A stretch of 64,000 nt of DNA from Squalus acanthias (Eukaryota), in NCBI GenBank assembly GCA_030390025.1, contig CM059426.1:160518001-160582000 (forward strand). Direction: 5' to 3'. The notes beneath the pieces are model-generated. The model searched no databases. It had not been told where the DNA came from and saw only the letters and a list, made by a program, of their open reading frames with translations. Positions 61,233-64,000 of the stretch are shown one piece after another. The first letter of the stretch is position 1, and every line of letters begins with the position of its first letter. Both the position numbers and the translations under genes were made by a program.

Positions 61233-62698
61233 GGCCGGAATTTTCCCTTCAAAAACGATGGGTTTGGAGCGTGGGGGCAGTTAAATTGTTAAGAATGGAA
61301 TTCCCGACCAACCCGCTCCCAGGGGGCGTTACCTCAATTTAAATATTGTAATGAGGCTGGAAGCCTTTTTTTAACCTCCATTTTGTGTTTAACTGCCTGT
61401 GGACGGGTTTCACACAATTCGTGAAACCTGGCAGTTAAACTGAGGTGGGGACTGCTGCATCCAGGAGGTAAGTGGCTTTATACCTACCTCCTGGATCCAG
61501 GGTCCCTGCCATACCCACCCCCTGCGATCGGATGCTTCGTGATCATTCCCAGGCCTCCCGATCAACGATGATGATGAGGCCAGCCACAATCCTCCGGTGG
61601 CCGGCCCCGATCCTCTGCCCTCCCTCCATCCGATCCCTGACCGACCCACCCCGCAATCCCCGATCCCCCCCTTTCCGCGATCCCCGACCACCCCCCCGGC
61701 GATCCCCAATCCCCCCCTTCAGCGATCCCCGACCACCCCCCCGCGATCCCCGATCCCCCCCCTTCAGCGATCCCCGACCACCCCCCCGCGATCCCCGATC
61801 CCCCCCCTTCCGCGATCCCCGACCACCCCCCCGCGATCCCCGATCCCCCTCCTTCAGCGATCCCCGACCACCCCCCGCGATCCCCGATCCCCCTCCTTCA
61901 GCGATCCTCGACCACCCCCCCGCGATCCCCAATCCCCCTCCTTCAGCGATCCCCGACCACCCCCCCGCGATCCCCGATCACCCCCCTTCAGCGATCCCCG
62001 ACCACCCCCCGCGATCCCCGATCACCCCCCTTCAGCGATCCCCGACCACCCCCCGGCGATCCCCAATCCCCCTCCTTCAGCGATCCTCGACCACCCCCCC
62101 GCGATCCCCAATCCCCCCCCTTCAGCGATCCTCGACCACCCCCCCGCGATCCCCAATCCCCCTCCTTCAGCGATCCCCGACCACCCCCCGCGATCCCCGA
62201 TCACCCCCCTTCAGCGATCCCCGACCACCCCCCCGCGATCCCCAATCCCCCCCCTTCAGCGATCCCCGACCACCCCCCCGCGATCCCCAATCCCCCTCCT
62301 TCAGCGATCCCCGACCACCCCCCGCGATCCCCAATCCCCCCCCTTCAGCGATCCCCGATCCCCCCCTTCAGCGATCCCCGACCACCCTCAATCGCCTGCC
62401 GTGCCCCGATTCCCAGCCGATCCTGCAATCCCCCCCCACCGATCCTCTCTCCCCCCTCCTGATTGCCGACCCCACTCCCACCGATCCCCGACCCCCCTCC
62501 TGCGATCTCTCGCCTGGACCGACCCCTCACAACTGAGGCCTACCAGCCCGCAGCCAGCCAGCCCCTCAAGCTGGCTGGCTGCGGGCGAGAAACTGAGGCC
62601 TCACAGTAAAATTGACAGGGCCTGCGGGAAACCCGGCCTCCCGGGTTTCCCGTGCGCCTCGGACCCCCCAACACACCTCCCTGAAGAAAATTCCGGCC
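61233..62698. mobile_element. Harbinger-type MITE containing a minisatellite
   Basis: Perfect 13-bp TIR ggccggaattttc / gaaaattccggcc with AAA on both sides. Confidence 0.85.
61650..62390. repeat. C-rich minisatellite, about 43-bp unit made of two gcgatcccc subunits
   Basis: gcgatccccgaccaccccccc plus gcgatcccc(a/g)atcccccccttca repeated, with variable C-run lengths. Confidence 0.95.
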
Positions 62699-62893
62699 AA
62701 AGATTTAGTGAGTAGCAACATACATTGGTCTGGCCATTATCCAATCAAGTTGTAAGTTTTTCTGAGTTTTTCTAGCTTATGACAATTACCTTCTCACTTC
62801 TTCCTGCTTACATTAGAATAGAGCTTTATTACAAGCTGCAATAGTTTCTCTGTCGCATGCATCCTGTGATGTATCAAGCAGATAACAAACTTA

Positions 62894-64000
62894 GGGGTTA
62901 AATTTGATAACGCATAAAAACGGGCGCGGGCACCATAATGCGTGATATGCCCGCACCCATTGAAAGGAGCTCAGGCAGCATGTTGAATTCATGCTGCCTG
63001 TTAATTATAATGATTGTAGCACACAGCCCAGTGCTGAACGTGCTGCTGACAGACCATGTGCTCAGCAGGCGGCCCAAGTTCCCAATGTTCGCGCAAGGCT
63101 AGCTTTACTTAAAGCTAGCCTGCGCCTCTTAAAGGCAGTCTGCACCTCTTAAAGGTGATAGCAAAATACTGCAGATGCTGGAAATCCGAAATAACAACAG
63201 AAAACGCTGGAAAAACTCAGCAGGCCAGGCAGCATCCGTGGAGAGAGAAAGAGAGTTGACGTTTCAGGTCTGATGAAAGGTCATCGACCTGAAACGTCAA
63301 CTCTCTTTCTCTCTCCACGGATGCTGCCTGGCCTGCTGAGTTTTTCCAGCGTTTTCTGTTGTTACCTCTTAAAGGTGAGCTGCCTTCAGGTGATGAAAAA
63401 TTTTAAAAGTGCTTCTGCACTAACCCACTTGGCTCAACAGGCCAGCGAAAGGGCACCCAAGGTCTTGGACGCAGCACTCGAGGCCTTTGTGCAGGGGGTG
63501 AAAACTGGTAGAGAGGATCTCTACCACAAGGGGCCAGAAGGCCCTCTAGAAAGAAGGATAAGGGACCAGATTACCGAGGCGGTCACTGTCAGCAGTGTCA
63601 CCCCCAGGACCTGGCTCCAGTACCCAAAGAAGTTTCATGACCTCAGACGAGTGGTCAAAGTCAGTGAATGCATCTTCAAAAGCCGTCTCCTACCAACTGC
63701 ACCACTAGCCTCACACACTGCTCAATGCACAACCCCCCCATCACTCACCTACCAACAAGGTTTACCAAACACGAGGTACACCTCCCATTCCTACCTTCAC
63801 CTCACCCCCTTGGAGGAGACGGTCCAGCCATTCTTGGCAGGGACATGGCTGAGCCCTTGACCAGTGATGGGGCTGAAAGGATACAAGATGCTGGTGTCCT
63901 CATACATTATCCTCCTTCTCACATCCCACTTTCCCCTGATCTCACAATATCTTCTGATTTACAAGCTGCACATGGTGTAAGCATGCACCCCTTGCTTTCC
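62894..64000 (+). mobile_element. PIF/Harbinger element, left part, with decayed Myb/SANT exon (about 63430-63659)
   Basis: Colinear with 24782-26030; ERAPKVLDAALEAFVQGV..PRTWLQYPKKFHDLRRVVK. Confidence 0.85.
63159..63363. mobile_element. Palindromic Penelope pLTR derivative with a hammerhead core
   Basis: Inverted arms of about 78 bp; CTGATGA-AAGGTC-ATC-GACCT-GAAA-CG-TC at 63270-63298; 15-bp duplication acctcttaaaggtga. Confidence 0.9.

Noticed and set aside
61472-62715. Proline-rich 354-aa and 372-aa ORFs and glycine-rich antisense ORFs
   Set aside because: Translations of a C-rich minisatellite that is open in several frames, with variable homopolymer lengths.

Overview
This is eukaryotic, vertebrate-type DNA made almost entirely of transposable elements and their debris. 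The repeat mix (CR1 and L2 LINEs, Deu-domain SINEs, Penelope-like elements, many PIF/Harbinger elements) suggests a cartilaginous fish; that is an inference. No host protein-coding gene could be identified with confidence. Main contents: (1) a full-length CR1 LINE (18981-24082) with an intact 979-aa ORF2 and two tandem arrays in its 5' UTR, inserted into a dead Harbinger transposase; (2) several two-gene Harbinger remnants (spliced Myb/SANT gene plus convergent DDE transposase) and about 20 Harbinger-type MITEs, two of which hold GC-rich minisatellites; (3) seven Penelope-derived pieces, most with a minimal hammerhead ribozyme motif, including two palindromic copies with 14-15 bp target-site duplications; (4) a 3.2 kb LINE whose 5' end is a tRNA-SINE-like head (Pol III A/B boxes) joined directly to ORF2 with no ORF1; (5) a decayed 18S rRNA copy whose two segments are in reversed order. 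All family assignments come from motif recognition, not database searches, and boundaries of old elements are approximate.
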